Below, one piece after another: positions 10,896 to 21,351 of a stretch of 58,543 nt of DNA (positions are counted from its first letter, which is position 1; every line of letters begins with the position of its first letter). The stretch lies in sequence record SRR16203515_2665; one strand, written 5' to 3'. The position numbers and the translations under genes were made by a program. The notes under the pieces are model-generated. The model had not been told where the DNA came from and made no database searches. It saw only the letters and a program-made list of their open reading frames with translations.

Positions 10896-11081
10896 GGTTT
10901 AAAAAAAACCTTATTTCAAAGCGGTACATTTGATATCGCAAGTATTGAAAACTAATTCTGCTTTATCAAGGGTTTGTTCAGATGGATTGCGTCAATTTTG
11001 CTCCTAAAAAAAATTCCGAACTTCCCATTTAATTCCGCGTTCGCCCGTCTAACTCCCAATTACTAAATAAGGAGAAGATGA

Positions 11082-11213
11082 ATGGCTGAATGTGGATGCG
11101 GGCGCAGCCCGACAGGTAAATGCGTAGGCTGGCATGGCAAAAGCAAAGAACAATATCAGGAAAAGAAAGCAGCCTATGAAGCCAAACAGGCCGCTAAATC
11201 CGCAGAGAATTAA
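11082..11213 (+). CDS. 43-aa CDGSH-like small protein (MAECGCGRSPTGKCVGWHGK...), below the ORF-track cutoff
   Basis: AAGGAG RBS at 11069-11074; Cys3His pattern; downstream hairpin at about 11218-11240. Confidence 0.7.
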   Translation: MAECGCGRSPTGKCVGWHGKSKEQYQEKKAAYEAKQAAKSAEN

Positions 11214-11327
11214 ATTCATGGGTCGCATTCGCGGCCCATTCTTTAAGCAGTCATTGTTACAGGGAATTTTGCAATTAAATGCTAATCAGTAAAACACGCA
11301 GTTGGCCTAACACACTTTGCCAGACAT

Positions 11328-11368
11328 AAAAAAACACCTCGCGTTAGCCGCTAAGGTGTTGTTTTTTT
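11328..11368. terminator. Bidirectional intrinsic terminator between the small ORF and tRNA-Asn
   Basis: A-run, AACACCT...AGGTGTT stem, T-run. Confidence 0.6.
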
Positions 11369-11442
11369 GGCTCCGGCGGTAGGGATCGAACCTACGACCA
11401 ATTGATTAACAGTCAACTGCTCTACCGCTGAGCTACGCCGGA
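11368..11442 (-). tRNA. tRNA-Asn(GTT)
   Basis: TCCGGCGTAGCTCAGCGGTAGAGCAGTTGACTGTTAATCAATTGGTCGTAGGTTCGATCCCTACCGCCGGAGCCA cloverleaf with CCA. Confidence 0.97.
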
Positions 11443-11516
11443 ACTTGAGGTGCGTATAACAAGTGCGATTCAGGACGTCCAGAGGGTATTTTCGATTTTC
11501 GTGAAAAAATTTTTGT

Positions 11517-12422
11517 TCATATTAATGGGGAAAAGATGCCATCAAAAGCAATTGGTTTTTCGACAGAAATCAACCCTTTATTATGCAACTCCAACAGGTG
11601 GGCAAAGACGTTGCGCGCCGCCACTGGGATCAGTTTCGCGTCAATATCCGTATAGATCGCCTTGGCCAGTTCATGGGGCGTGGCAGGGCCTGCTTGTAAC
11701 TGTGTAAGTATTTGAACTTCGCGTTCACGGCGGTGGGATAACAGCCATCGTATCCGTTCGTTGGGCGCGCGCACGATGTCCCCGTGGCCCGGCAAAAACA
11801 GGTCCCAATCATAGTTCAGCAAATGTTCACAAGATCGCATGAAATCCCCCACATCCCCATCGGGGGGCGACACCATGGATGTGGCCCAATCCATCACATG
11901 ATCGGCCGTGAATAGGATTTTATCCACCTGAAAACACATGTGATTTGCCATGTGTCCTGGGGTGTGATGCGCGGTCAAGCACCATTCATCACAGGTGACG
12001 CTCTCCAAATGTGACAGGGTGTGATCGGGTTCAAATGCGCGATCAATGCCTTCGCCCCCGCCCAAACCGCCCTGTTCAGACAAGGATTTCATCAGAGTAC
12101 TTTTTCCCGCCTCATGATCGCCAAAGGCATAGATGGGCGCCGCGACATTTTTTGAAAGACGCATGGCCAATTCGGAATGATCATAATGAGCGTGTGTTAC
12201 AAAGATATGCGTGATCGTCCCCCCCTCTGGCACAGCGGCCAGAATCGTGGAGAGATGCGCATCGTCATTTGGACCTGGATCAATCACCGCCACCTGTTTT
12301 TCGCCCAATAGATAGGTGTTTGTGCCGTGATAGGTCATGGGTGAAGGATTGGGGGCAACGATCCGCCGAATGGACGGGGTCACCTGATCAAATGTGCCAC
12401 GGGGCGGTGGATAGCTGCTCAT
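11517..12422 (-). CDS. MBL-fold metallo-hydrolase
   Basis: THAHYDH, TPGH, DH, PGHG. Confidence 0.92.
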   Translation of the reverse strand: MSSYPPPRGTFDQVTPSIRRIVAPNPSPMTYHGTNTYLLGEKQVAVIDPGPNDDAHLSTILAAVPEGGTITHIFVTHAHYDHSELAMRLSKNVAAPIYAFGDHEAGKSTLMKSLSEQGGLGGGEGIDRAFEPDHTLSHLESVTCDEWCLTAHHTPGHMANHMCFQVDKILFTADHVMDWATSMVSPPDGDVGDFMRSCEHLLNYDWDLFLPGHGDIVRAPNERIRWLLSHRREREVQILTQLQAGPATPHELAKAIYTDIDAKLIPVAARNVFAHLLELHNKGLISVEKPIAFDGIFSPLI

Positions 12423-12461
12423 TTCGATTTCCTTTTACCCGCTGTTTGAGTATGTCTATCT

Positions 12462-13763
12462 GTGATGTTTAGTTGGATCAAACAGTATATGCCCAAACGG
12501 CTGTATTGGCGCGCTGCGCTGATATTGATTTTGCCTGTCGTTTTGATTCAGTTACTCGTGTCCTTCGTATTCATTCAGCGTCATTTTGAGGGGGTAACAG
12601 AACAACTTACCCGTGGCCTGACCCAAGAATTGGCGTATTTTGAAACGCTGATCCGCACTGGTGATATTGAGGGGGCGCGGGCCTTTGCAGATGCCTTGGA
12701 TATTTCGCTCAGTGTGAACCCCGATGGGGCATTCCAACCAACACGACGGTTTTATGATTTAACGGGGATTGTTGTGATCCGTGAATTATCGCGTGTTGCA
12801 TCGCTGCGTGGTGTGGATTTGCCAGATAATCGTATCGTGATTTTGCGCATGGCAATCCCGGGGTACGAGGAGCTGGAATTAACCTTCGCACGTCGCCGCG
12901 TGTCGGCATCAAACCCGCATCAGTTGATTGTGAATATGGTATTTTTCGGGGGCATTTTCACAATCATCGCTTTCTTTTATCTGCGCAATCAATTGCGCCC
13001 CATTACACGTTTGGCGGCCGCGGCCGAGGCCTTTGGCCGTGGACAGAATGTGGACTATTCGCCCAGTGGCGCGATTGAGGTGCGCGCAGCGGGGGATGCG
13101 TTTTTGAACATGCGTTCCCGCATTGAACGCCACATTGAACAACGTACGCTGATCCTGTCGGGGGTTAGTCATGATTTACGCACGCCACTGACGCGTCTGA
13201 AACTGGGCTTGTCGATGTTGGGGGATCGCGACCGCGAACCATTGGAACAAGATGTTGAGGATATGCGCATCCTGTTGGATGAGTTTTTAGTTTACGCCAA
13301 AACCCTTGGTGAAGATCGCAGCCGAAATGAACCCGTGAATGCGATCAAATTACTGGATGGGTTGGTGCAGGATTATGCGCGCATCGGGCAGGTGGTGCAG
13401 TTGCATATTGAGGCCGATGAAACTGTAGTGATGATGCGCGAAAACATGGTGAAACGCGCATTGGAAAACCTGCTGAACAATGCGTTTCGCTATGGGGATC
13501 AGGTACGCCTGAGCCTGCATAGCGACGCTGCATTCGTGACGTTCCGTGTCGAGGATAACGGGCCAGGTATCCCGCCTGATCAACGTGAAGATGCCCTAAA
13601 ACCCTTTGCCCGCCTTGACCCCGCCCGCAATCAGAACAAGGGGTCAAGTGTCGGCCTTGGTCTCCCTATCGCCAATGACATTGCACGTGCACATGGGGGT
13701 CATTTGATTTTGTCCGATGCGCAGGGTGGTGGTTTGCGCGTCGACATGCGGATTGCAAAATAA
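12462..13763 (+). CDS. EnvZ-like sensor histidine kinase
   Basis: Two TM segments, HAMP, SHDLRTPL, NLLNNA, DNGPGI, GLGL. Confidence 0.92.
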   Translation: MMFSWIKQYMPKRLYWRAALILILPVVLIQLLVSFVFIQRHFEGVTEQLTRGLTQELAYFETLIRTGDIEGARAFADALDISLSVNPDGAFQPTRRFYDLTGIVVIRELSRVASLRGVDLPDNRIVILRMAIPGYEELELTFARRRVSASNPHQLIVNMVFFGGIFTIIAFFYLRNQLRPITRLAAAAEAFGRGQNVDYSPSGAIEVRAAGDAFLNMRSRIERHIEQRTLILSGVSHDLRTPLTRLKLGLSMLGDRDREPLEQDVEDMRILLDEFLVYAKTLGEDRSRNEPVNAIKLLDGLVQDYARIGQVVQLHIEADETVVMMRENMVKRALENLLNNAFRYGDQVRLSLHSDAAFVTFRVEDNGPGIPPDQREDALKPFARLDPARNQNKGSSVGLGLPIANDIARAHGGHLILSDAQGGGLRVDMRIAK

Positions 13764-13842
13764 ATGTGGAGGGCGCAGGTCCGCGGTGATCTGTGAGATT
13801 GCCGTGTTGACTTCGCGTATTTTAGAATGAAATGTTTAAAAG

Positions 13843-13919
13843 TGGTAGGCCCGGCAGGACTTGAACCCGCAACCAAAGCGTTATGAGCGCTCTGCTCTAA
13901 CCAATTGAGCTACAGGCCC
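13843..13919 (-). tRNA. tRNA with CAT anticodon, most likely tRNA-Ile2 (lysidine)
   Basis: GGGCCTGTAGCTCAATTGGTTAGAGCAGAGCGCTCATAACGCTTTGGTTGCGGGTTCAAGTCCTGCCGGGCCTACCA; lacks initiator features. Confidence 0.9.
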
Positions 13920-14024
13920 ACTTTTTCCTCGTGCTATCACATGTCGCGCCAAGGTCAAGGGTTTGCGATTGAAACTTAGCGTGCAATATATTAGTTGGGC
14001 GCTAATTTCGCGAAAGGACCACAG

Positions 14025-15071
14025 ATGACGGACGGCAACAAAGGCGCGACCTATGCGCAAGCGGGTGTAGATATTGATGCAGGCAACGCCTTGGTGGATC
14101 GCATCAAACCCGCAGCAAAACGCACAAACAGACGCGGCGTTATGGCGGGCATTGGTGGATTTGGGGGTCTTTTCGATCTTAAGGCTGCGGGGTTTAACGA
14201 CCCGATCCTTGTCTCGGCCACCGATGGTGTGGGAACAAAATTGCGCATCGCAATTGACACAGGCAATTTTGACACAATCGGCATTGATTTGGTGGCGATG
14301 TGCGTGAACGATCTGGTCTGTCAGAGGGGCGAGCCTCTGTTTTTCCTTGATTATTTTGCGACAGGGAAATTGCAGGTTGAACAGGCCGCAACAATCATCA
14401 ACGGGATTGCAACGGGTTGTGAATTGTCGGGCTGTGCATTGATTGGTGGTGAAACCGCGGAAATGCCGGGCATGTATGCCAATGATGATTTTGATTTGGC
14501 AGGCTTTGCCGTGGGCGCGATGGAACGCGGTGGCGCATTGCCACGTGATGTCAGTGTTGGGGACAAATTGATTGCCCTGCGTTCAAGTGGTGTGCATTCT
14601 AATGGCTATTCCTTGGTGCGCCATTTGGTAGAGGGTTCTGGCCTTACTTGGGCGGATCAATCCCCGTTTTCTGATGGCACACTTGGCGCAGCGCTTTTGG
14701 CGCCAACGCGTTTATATGTGAAACAATCCTTGGCTGCGTTGAACGCAGGTGGGGTGCATGCACTGACACACATTACAGGCGGTGGCCTGACTGAAAATAT
14801 CCCACGCGCCTTGAACGCGGGGCAGGGGATTTCCGTTGATCTGAACACATGGGATTTACCGCCTGTGTTCCAATGGCTGATGACGCAAGGGGGCATGGAA
14901 CAAGCCGAGATGTTGAAAACATTCAACTGTGGCTTGGGCATGGTTCTGATTGTTGATCCGACGCAAGAGGGCTCTGTGATCCAATGCCTAACGGACATGG
15001 GCGAAGATCTAGTAACAATTGGTCAGGTCACGGACAATGCTGGCGTTCAATACACGGGCACATTGTCGTGA
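14025..15071 (+). CDS. purM: Phosphoribosylformylglycinamidine cyclo-ligase
   Basis: [41 protein letters not shown]. Confidence 0.97.
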   Translation: MTDGNKGATYAQAGVDIDAGNALVDRIKPAAKRTNRRGVMAGIGGFGGLFDLKAAGFNDPILVSATDGVGTKLRIAIDTGNFDTIGIDLVAMCVNDLVCQRGEPLFFLDYFATGKLQVEQAATIINGIATGCELSGCALIGGETAEMPGMYANDDFDLAGFAVGAMERGGALPRDVSVGDKLIALRSSGVHSNGYSLVRHLVEGSGLTWADQSPFSDGTLGAALLAPTRLYVKQSLAALNAGGVHALTHITGGGLTENIPRALNAGQGISVDLNTWDLPPVFQWLMTQGGMEQAEMLKTFNCGLGMVLIVDPTQEGSVIQCLTDMGEDLVTIGQVTDNAGVQYTGTLS

Positions 15072-15664
15072 CAAAACGGGTTGTGATTTTCGCCTCTGGC
15101 GGTGGATCAAATGCCGTGAAACTGATGGAAAGCATGCAGGGCGATCACCCTGTGAAGCCGTCCCTAATCGTGACAAACCAACCCAATGCAGGTGTTATTC
15201 AACAGGCCGAACGTTTTGGTGTTGCGTGCGAGGTGATTGATCACAAATCCTTTGCCGGGGATCGCGCGGCCTTTGAAACGGAAATCCAAAATCGTCTGAT
15301 CCCATATCAGATAGATATCATCTGTTTGGCGGGGTTCATGCGGGTTCTGACATCTGGCTTTACAGATCATTGGAGTGGTCGGATGTTAAACATTCATCCC
15401 TCTCTCTTGCCGAAATACAAAGGGCTCAATACCCATGCGCGCGCGATTGAGGCGGGGGATAAACACGCAGGCTGCACGGTGCATGAGGTGACTGCCGAAT
15501 TGGATGATGGTCCGATCTTGGGACAAATAAGTGTTCCGATCCTGTCAGATGACACACCCGCGGAGCTGGCCGCGCGCGTGTTGACCCAAGAACATCAATT
15601 GTACCCAGCGGTCCTAAAACGCTTTGCCGTGGGGGATAAAACCCCGATTATGCGCAAAACATAA
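15068..15664 (+). CDS. purN: Phosphoribosylglycinamide formyltransferase
   Basis: [31 protein letters not shown]. Confidence 0.97.
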   Translation: MTKRVVIFASGGGSNAVKLMESMQGDHPVKPSLIVTNQPNAGVIQQAERFGVACEVIDHKSFAGDRAAFETEIQNRLIPYQIDIICLAGFMRVLTSGFTDHWSGRMLNIHPSLLPKYKGLNTHARAIEAGDKHAGCTVHEVTAELDDGPILGQISVPILSDDTPAELAARVLTQEHQLYPAVLKRFAVGDKTPIMRKT

Positions 15665-15736
15665 AGCTTTCCAAGTCCCCGAAAATTTTGTAATCACAAA
15701 AAGAGCGGGGGTGTTAGAGTAGAATAAGAAACATAA

Positions 15737-16900
15737 ATGAAGACCCTGACAACCACAAAAGAGCTTGCTGATTTTTGTTCTGATGCCGCAGGCTACCCCT
15801 ATATTACCGTTGATACCGAGTTCCTGCGCGAGCGGACCTATTATTCAAAACTCTGCCTGATACAAATTGCTTATTCAGGTGAGGGGGATGAAAACGCCGT
15901 TTTGGTTGATCCGCTTTCCGCCGACATATCATTAGAACCGCTATATGATCTGTTTCGAAACGAGGCTGTGGTTAAGGTATTTCATGCAGCCCGTCAGGAT
16001 TTGGAAATCTTTTTCATTGATGCCGGCGTCATTCCAAAACCCTTGTTTGACACACAGGTTGCCGCGATGGTCTGTGGATTTGGCGATCAGGTTGGATATG
16101 AAACATTGGTGCGCAAGGTTGCAAAACAATCCTTGGATAAATCATCGCGCTTCACCGATTGGTCGCGTCGTCCATTAACAGATGCGCAGAAAACCTATGC
16201 TTTGGCCGATGTCACGCATCTGCGTGTGATTTACGAAAAGCTAGCCGCGAAACTAGCGAAAAATAAACGCGCCCATTGGGTCGAAGAAGAACTTCAAACC
16301 CTAACCAATCCCGAAACCTATATCACCCGTCCAGAAGAGGCGTGGAAACGTGTGAAAACCCGCACGAATTCTGCGCGGATGTTGGGAATTGTGCGCGCCT
16401 TGGCCGAATTTCGCGAGGCACATGCACAATCCAAAAACATTCCCCGAAATCGGGTGTTCAAGGATGATGCATTAATCGAATTGGCATCCACCAAACCGCA
16501 ATCCTTTGATGATTTGCAACGCTCGCGCCTGTTGTTGCGCGAGGCTCGCAAAGGCGACATTGCCAAGGGTATTTTGGCGGCGGTGGCCTCTGCCTTAGCG
16601 CTTCAACCCGAATACTTGCCCCAAGTGGATAAAAAAGAGGATGCACCCGACAGCAACCCTGCACTGAGTGAAATGTTACGTGTGTTGCTAAAGGCGAAAA
16701 CAGAACACTTGGGGGTTGCGGCAAAACTTGTTGCCGCTGCCTCTGATCTGGATGCCATGGCCGCGGGCGAGCGGAACTTGGACATGCTGCGCGGCTGGCG
16801 GGCAGAGGTATTCGGGGACGAGGCAAAGCGCCTCTGTCAGGGCGAAATCGGCCTTGTCGCCAAGGGGCGCGTTGTCACAACCTTTGAACTTCCAAATTAA
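15737..16900 (+). CDS. rnd: Ribonuclease D
   Basis: DTEF.RERTY, HAARQD, FDTQ, TDWSRRPL, YALAD; HRDC region. Confidence 0.95.
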   Translation: MKTLTTTKELADFCSDAAGYPYITVDTEFLRERTYYSKLCLIQIAYSGEGDENAVLVDPLSADISLEPLYDLFRNEAVVKVFHAARQDLEIFFIDAGVIPKPLFDTQVAAMVCGFGDQVGYETLVRKVAKQSLDKSSRFTDWSRRPLTDAQKTYALADVTHLRVIYEKLAAKLAKNKRAHWVEEELQTLTNPETYITRPEEAWKRVKTRTNSARMLGIVRALAEFREAHAQSKNIPRNRVFKDDALIELASTKPQSFDDLQRSRLLLREARKGDIAKGILAAVASALALQPEYLPQVDKKEDAPDSNPALSEMLRVLLKAKTEHLGVAAKLVAAASDLDAMAAGERNLDMLRGWRAEVFGDEAKRLCQGEIGLVAKGRVVTTFELPN

Positions 16901-16969
16901 ACACAACCAAAGCTTGCAATTTATTCTGCCTTTATTACCCTAAGCCTCATTTAGATAAGGAATAGGGTG

Positions 16970-17619
16970 ATGAGCGTTTCTGCTTTTTTATTTCCAATCC
17001 TCGCTGCGGGCGCGGAACTCATGGCGACGGGGCTGGCGGGCGAGTTTGCGAAATCCACGGGCAAAGCCGTGTGGCGTTAAACCATGCAGAGGCCAGTTCC
17101 AAGGTCGCGCGTGCAAACCTGCTTTATCCCTTTAACGTGGCCAAGGCCGCGCCATTATTATACGCGGCGGCGGAATTGGCGGGGGATAATTTTAACTACT
17201 GGATGCTTTGCGGTCGCGCGCAGGTAAAACTGGGAATGCTATCACAGGCGCAACAGGCCTTTGAAACCGCAAAGGCGGTTGCAAAAAAACGAAATCCGCA
17301 GGGGCGTGAATATGCTGGGGTCTTGACGGACCTTGGCGATGTGCATGTGGCACAGGGGGATATTCCCGCCGCGCTGATCGCCTATCAAGAGGGGTTGGGG
17401 ATACGCCGCACCCTGATCCAGCAGGACCCGCGTAATGCCGAATGGCAGCAGGATTTGGCGGTGTCACGTGCGAAAATGACCATGATCGATGCAGAAAATG
17501 CCAGAGACCATTGGGCCAAGGTGGTTTAAATATTATCCGACATGCAGTCCCGTGGCGATTTATTGCCAGGGGATGTCCACAAACTGGAATACGCGCGGGA
17601 CCAGCTAGGGTTGGATTGA
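16970..17619 (+). pseudogene. Decayed tetratricopeptide-repeat protein gene
   Basis: TPR motif LGDVHVAQGD..AL.AY..L.IRR.L..DP.N..WQ.DL; separate 36-codon N-terminal piece (16970-17080); in-frame TAA at 17527 followed by plausible tail ILSDMQSRG... Confidence 0.6.
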
Positions 17620-18075
17620 CAGGCTATTGGTTTCGCCAATGATCACGATTTTGCGAATACCGTCCAACGTTCCAGTAGACAGGAATTTACCAGCGGTCAA
17701 TTGACGGTTTGTGGGGCTGCCCACGGGCAGGCGCACGTCAACCTCTGCATTCAGGACGAAATGCAATTCACCAGCGGGTGCGGTTTCAAGCGCCTCAAAT
17801 TCTGCATTCGCGGCCCCTGCACGGGTGGCATAAGCGGTCACAATCAATATTTTGCCGTCTGATGTGGGGTCCAATTTCAAATCCGCGATTTGATGAATCG
17901 GGGTACCAGCATATTCGCGTTCTGTAATGGTGCTTATCATATTTTCTTCTGGGATCAGGCTTGGCGGACCCTCTTGGGCGCGCAACCAATTGGTGGGATT
18001 CAGGCGTGCCGAACTGATCTGTGAACAGGCCCCAACCAGCGATAGCAACAGAAATGGCATAACAATACGGCGCAT
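17605..18075 (-). CDS. Hypothetical lipoprotein
   Basis: Lipobox LVGAC followed by RLNPTNW. Confidence 0.75.
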   Translation of the reverse strand: MRRIVMPFLLLSLVGACSQISSARLNPTNWLRAQEGPPSLIPEENMISTITEREYAGTPIHQIADLKLDPTSDGKILIVTAYATRAGAANAEFEALETAPAGELHFVLNAEVDVRLPVGSPTNRQLTAGKFLSTGTLDGIRKIVIIGETNSLSIQP

Positions 18076-18194
18076 ACAACCAATCCTTTTGGTTTTTGGA
18101 AGTGGTAGCGCAAATTAATCCCCATGAAAAGCGTGACTTGCCCTAGACCTTTGGCGAAACCCCGCCTAAATCTATTCCAAACGGAAGGACAGTC

Positions 18195-18596
18195 ATGGCC
18201 AGCGCAGCATTTGAAGAGATCGTAGAAGATTTTGAATTCCTGGACGATTGGGAAGATCGCTATCGTCACGTCATTGATATGGGCAAAGCAATGGAGGATA
18301 TGGACACAGCATTTAAGGTAGACGCGAATAAGGTGCATGGATGTGCATCGCAAGTGTGGCTACAGTTTTATAGCGAGGATGGCACGTTTCGTTTTGACGG
18401 GGACAGTGATGCGATGATCGTGCGCGGGTTAGTAGCGGTTCTGCGCACGCTTTATAACGGTCTGCCGCTGAACGAAATGGCCGCTGTTGATGCACATGCG
18501 GAATTGGCGCGCTTGAGCCTAAACGATCACCTTTCAGCGCAGCGATCAAATGGTGTGAGATCCATGGTGGAAAAAATTCAAACAGTCGCCGCCTGA
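18195..18596 (+). CDS. sufE: SufE family protein
   Basis: DWEDRY, VHGCASQVW, DSDAMIVRGL, LSAQRSNG. Confidence 0.93.
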   Translation: MASAAFEEIVEDFEFLDDWEDRYRHVIDMGKAMEDMDTAFKVDANKVHGCASQVWLQFYSEDGTFRFDGDSDAMIVRGLVAVLRTLYNGLPLNEMAAVDAHAELARLSLNDHLSAQRSNGVRSMVEKIQTVAA

Positions 18597-18658
18597 TCTT
18601 CACCCACCCAGTTTGCAATTACGTCGGCGGGGCGCGTGTTGTGCCAAGTGGCGCGTTC

Positions 18659-19303
18659 CTAACCCTTGGCAAAGATGATCAGTTCCGCCTCTAAATCGCC
18701 ATATCCTGTGGGGCGATATTCAAAGTCCAATCCCATCTTGTCGGCGTACCCACGCGCTTTTTCGATCAATTCGTCCGTCGGGTTTTGTGCCTGATAAACC
18801 AGTTTTGTGTAATTTCCAAAATACATTGAAATCAGATCAGGATGGCAGTCCAATCCCAAGGGTTTCCAAACAAAGGCGTCAAATTGTCGGACCAAAAAAT
18901 CGGTCAGGTAAAAGGCCGTGAATTCATCGCGTTTTGCGAAATCTTCATTGCCCTGAAAAAAGGAATAGCAATGCGGCCCTCGCAGCATTTTCACGCCCAA
19001 CCGGTCACAGGCCGCCTGCAAGAGACCACCGGTGCCGCAATCCGCATAAAGGACATAGATATCGTCATAGGCCGCATGATGTTCTGCGATCTTCTCCTCG
19101 ATCAGGGGAGCGATTTTTTCGGGGGCATTGTGCAGAATTGCGGGCAGGCATTTTAGATCAAGATGTGTAAACCCGTGGCGGGCGATGATGTCCAAAATCT
19201 CACGCGCCAAGGCTCCGCAGGCCAAGAGCAACACGCGACCCTGATTTTCAGTCAGGGTTGTTTCCTGATGGCTAAGTTCCTGATCTGTGATGTCCATTGC
19301 CAT
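18659..19303 (-). CDS. DUF1638 family protein
   Basis: ACGALARE, LHNAPE, YADCGTGG, PHCY, FYLTDFL; next to a corrinoid protein gene. Confidence 0.8.
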   Translation of the reverse strand: MAMDITDQELSHQETTLTENQGRVLLLACGALAREILDIIARHGFTHLDLKCLPAILHNAPEKIAPLIEEKIAEHHAAYDDIYVLYADCGTGGLLQAACDRLGVKMLRGPHCYSFFQGNEDFAKRDEFTAFYLTDFLVRQFDAFVWKPLGLDCHPDLISMYFGNYTKLVYQAQNPTDELIEKARGYADKMGLDFEYRPTGYGDLEAELIIFAKG

Positions 19304-19369
19304 GTTCCAAATAAAAAGGCCCGCGCAAGGAGGACGCGCGAGCCTTTGGTTAAACGATGTACTCGTCTA

Positions 19370-20062
19370 TCACAATTGATTGTGCTTGCGCGCAACAAAC
19401 TCTTTCGCGGTTTCAACCGCCACAGCCGCGTCACGGCAATAGGCATCTGCGCCAATGGCTTTGCCAAATTCTTCGTTCAATGGCGCACCTCCAACAAGAA
19501 CGATATAATCATCACGCACACCTTGTTCGACCATGGTGTCAATGACGACCTTCATGTATGGCATTGTTGTTGTCAAAAGCGCGGACATGCCCAGGATGTC
19601 GGGCTGTTCTGTTTCCAACGCTTCGATATAGGTTTCAACGGCGTTGTTGATGCCTAAATCAACAACTTCAAAACCTGCGCCTTCCATCATCATGGAAACA
19701 AGGTTTTTACCGATGTCGTGAATGTCACCTTTCACGGTGCCGATGACCATTTTACCAACACGTGGCGCACCTGTTTCGGCCAGCAATGGTTTTAGGATCG
19801 CCATGCCACCCTTCATCGCGTTTGCCGCCAACAGAACCTCGGGCACAAACAGAATGCCGTCTCGGAAATCCTGGCCAACAATGGTCATACCGCCAACCAG
19901 CGCTTCTGTTAGGATTTGATAGGGCGCCCAGCCACGCTCGAGCAGGATGTTAACACTTTCTTCGATTTCCTCTTTCAGGCCATCGTAAAGGTCATCAAAC
20001 ATCTGTTGAACCAGTTCCTCATCGTCTAGTTCGGACAGGATGATGTCGTCTTCTTCGAACAT
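19370..20062 (-). CDS. Corrinoid (B12-binding) protein of split methionine synthase/methyltransferase
   Basis: FVPEVL, GTVKGDIHDIGKNLV, SALLTTTM, VGGAP. Confidence 0.93.
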   Translation of the reverse strand: MFEEDDIILSELDDEELVQQMFDDLYDGLKEEIEESVNILLERGWAPYQILTEALVGGMTIVGQDFRDGILFVPEVLLAANAMKGGMAILKPLLAETGAPRVGKMVIGTVKGDIHDIGKNLVSMMMEGAGFEVVDLGINNAVETYIEALETEQPDILGMSALLTTTMPYMKVVIDTMVEQGVRDDYIVLVGGAPLNEEFGKAIGADAYCRDAAVAVETAKEFVARKHNQL

Positions 20063-20235
20063 AGTCTGCTTCCTTATCAATGCGCACCGCGCGTTTTGGT
20101 TAATCCACCAAATGCCATTTTGTCGCGGTCTAAGTTGGCATTTTGCGACAATAAGCATTTAAATCCCGACCTAGCCTCATTTTTTTGGAACATCTAGGGT
20201 TTGGATGATGCAAATAATGCATAATCTTTACAAAT

Positions 20236-20250
20236 GTTCTTTGTTTGTTC
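20236..20250 (+). promoter_or_regulatory. LexA (SOS) box, host
   Basis: GTTC-TTTGTTT-GTTC matches the alphaproteobacterial GTTC-N7-GTTC consensus, 12 bp upstream of the radical SAM start. Confidence 0.8.
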
Positions 20251-20262
20251 TATATTGCGATC

Positions 20263-21351
20263 ATGGGTCATAATGTGAACATCTTTCCAAACATTCAGGC
20301 GCTTGGGCGCGGTACGACGGGCGTGCCAAAATCACGCTTTGATACACAGAAACGGGAGTGGTTTGATGATGGTTGGGAAACAGAGGAGGAGGCGCAAGTT
20401 TTGCGCACCCTTGTTACCGAAGAACCCGCCAAAAGCGCGATTTCGTATAATGCCTCGACCGATCTTCCGTTTGATCGGTCGATCAATGCCTATCGCGGGT
20501 GCGAACATGGATGTGTTTATTGCTACGCGCGTCCCTCTCATAATTATCTGGATCTATCCTCGGGGCTTGATTTTGAAACCAAGCTTTTTGCAAAAACGGG
20601 AGTTGTGGATCAATTGCGCCGGGAATTGGCGCGTCCAAAATATCAGGTGGCGCCGATTGCGATTGGAACAAACACGGATCCCTATCAGGCGATTGAAGGG
20701 CGCTATCAAACGACACGGCAGATATTGGAACTGATGTTGGAAACCCGTCATCCTGTTACCATTGTCACCAAGGGGGCCATGATTGAACGGGATATTGATC
20801 TGCTGGCGGCATTGGCAGACCAGGGGTTAACGCGGGTTGGGATATCGGTAACCAGTTTGGATCGCACCCTGTCGCGCCGTATGGAGCCGCGTGCGCCTGA
20901 CCCCAAGCGACGTTTGGCGGTTATTCATCGTTTGAGCGATGCGGGCATCCCCGTGCGTGTCATGGCATCGCCCATGATCCCGGGGCTCAGCGATCATGAG
21001 TTAGAGGCGATATTGCAGGCGGGGCGCGACCATGGGGCCACATCGGCAAGTTGGAACATGTTGCGCCTTCCACATGATACAGAGGCATTGTTTAAGGATT
21101 GGTTGACGCGACATTACCCAAACCACCGCGACCGTGTGATCGGCCATATGCGCGATATGTATGACGGCAAATTGTATGATGCGTCATTTGCAACCCGTAT
21201 GCGGGGCAGGGGTGTTTATGCCGAAACGATTCAGATGCGGTTTCAGGTGGCTATGAAACGGTTGGGATTGGCCGAGCGTGTCGCGAAACTGCGGTCCGAT
21301 TTGTTCGTGTCCCCGCGCCAACCCTCGGCGCAGGGGGATTTGTTTGATTAG
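20263..21351 (+). CDS. PA0069/SplB-like radical SAM protein
   Basis: YRGCEHGCVYCYAR (CxxxCxxC), GTNTDPYQ, C-terminal QGDLF clamp-binding-like motif. Confidence 0.9.
   Translation: MGHNVNIFPNIQALGRGTTGVPKSRFDTQKREWFDDGWETEEEAQVLRTLVTEEPAKSAISYNASTDLPFDRSINAYRGCEHGCVYCYARPSHNYLDLSSGLDFETKLFAKTGVVDQLRRELARPKYQVAPIAIGTNTDPYQAIEGRYQTTRQILELMLETRHPVTIVTKGAMIERDIDLLAALADQGLTRVGISVTSLDRTLSRRMEPRAPDPKRRLAVIHRLSDAGIPVRVMASPMIPGLSDHELEAILQAGRDHGATSASWNMLRLPHDTEALFKDWLTRHYPNHRDRVIGHMRDMYDGKLYDASFATRMRGRGVYAETIQMRFQVAMKRLGLAERVAKLRSDLFVSPRQPSAQGDLFD

Noticed and set aside
12462-13763. Orphan histidine kinase next to a tRNA as an island marker
   Set aside because: Host-like composition, core-gene context, and no integrase or att duplication at tRNA-Asn or the CAT tRNA.
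13843-13919. Calling the CAT tRNA initiator tRNA-fMet
   Set aside because: It lacks the C1:A72 mismatch and the three consecutive G-C anticodon-stem pairs.
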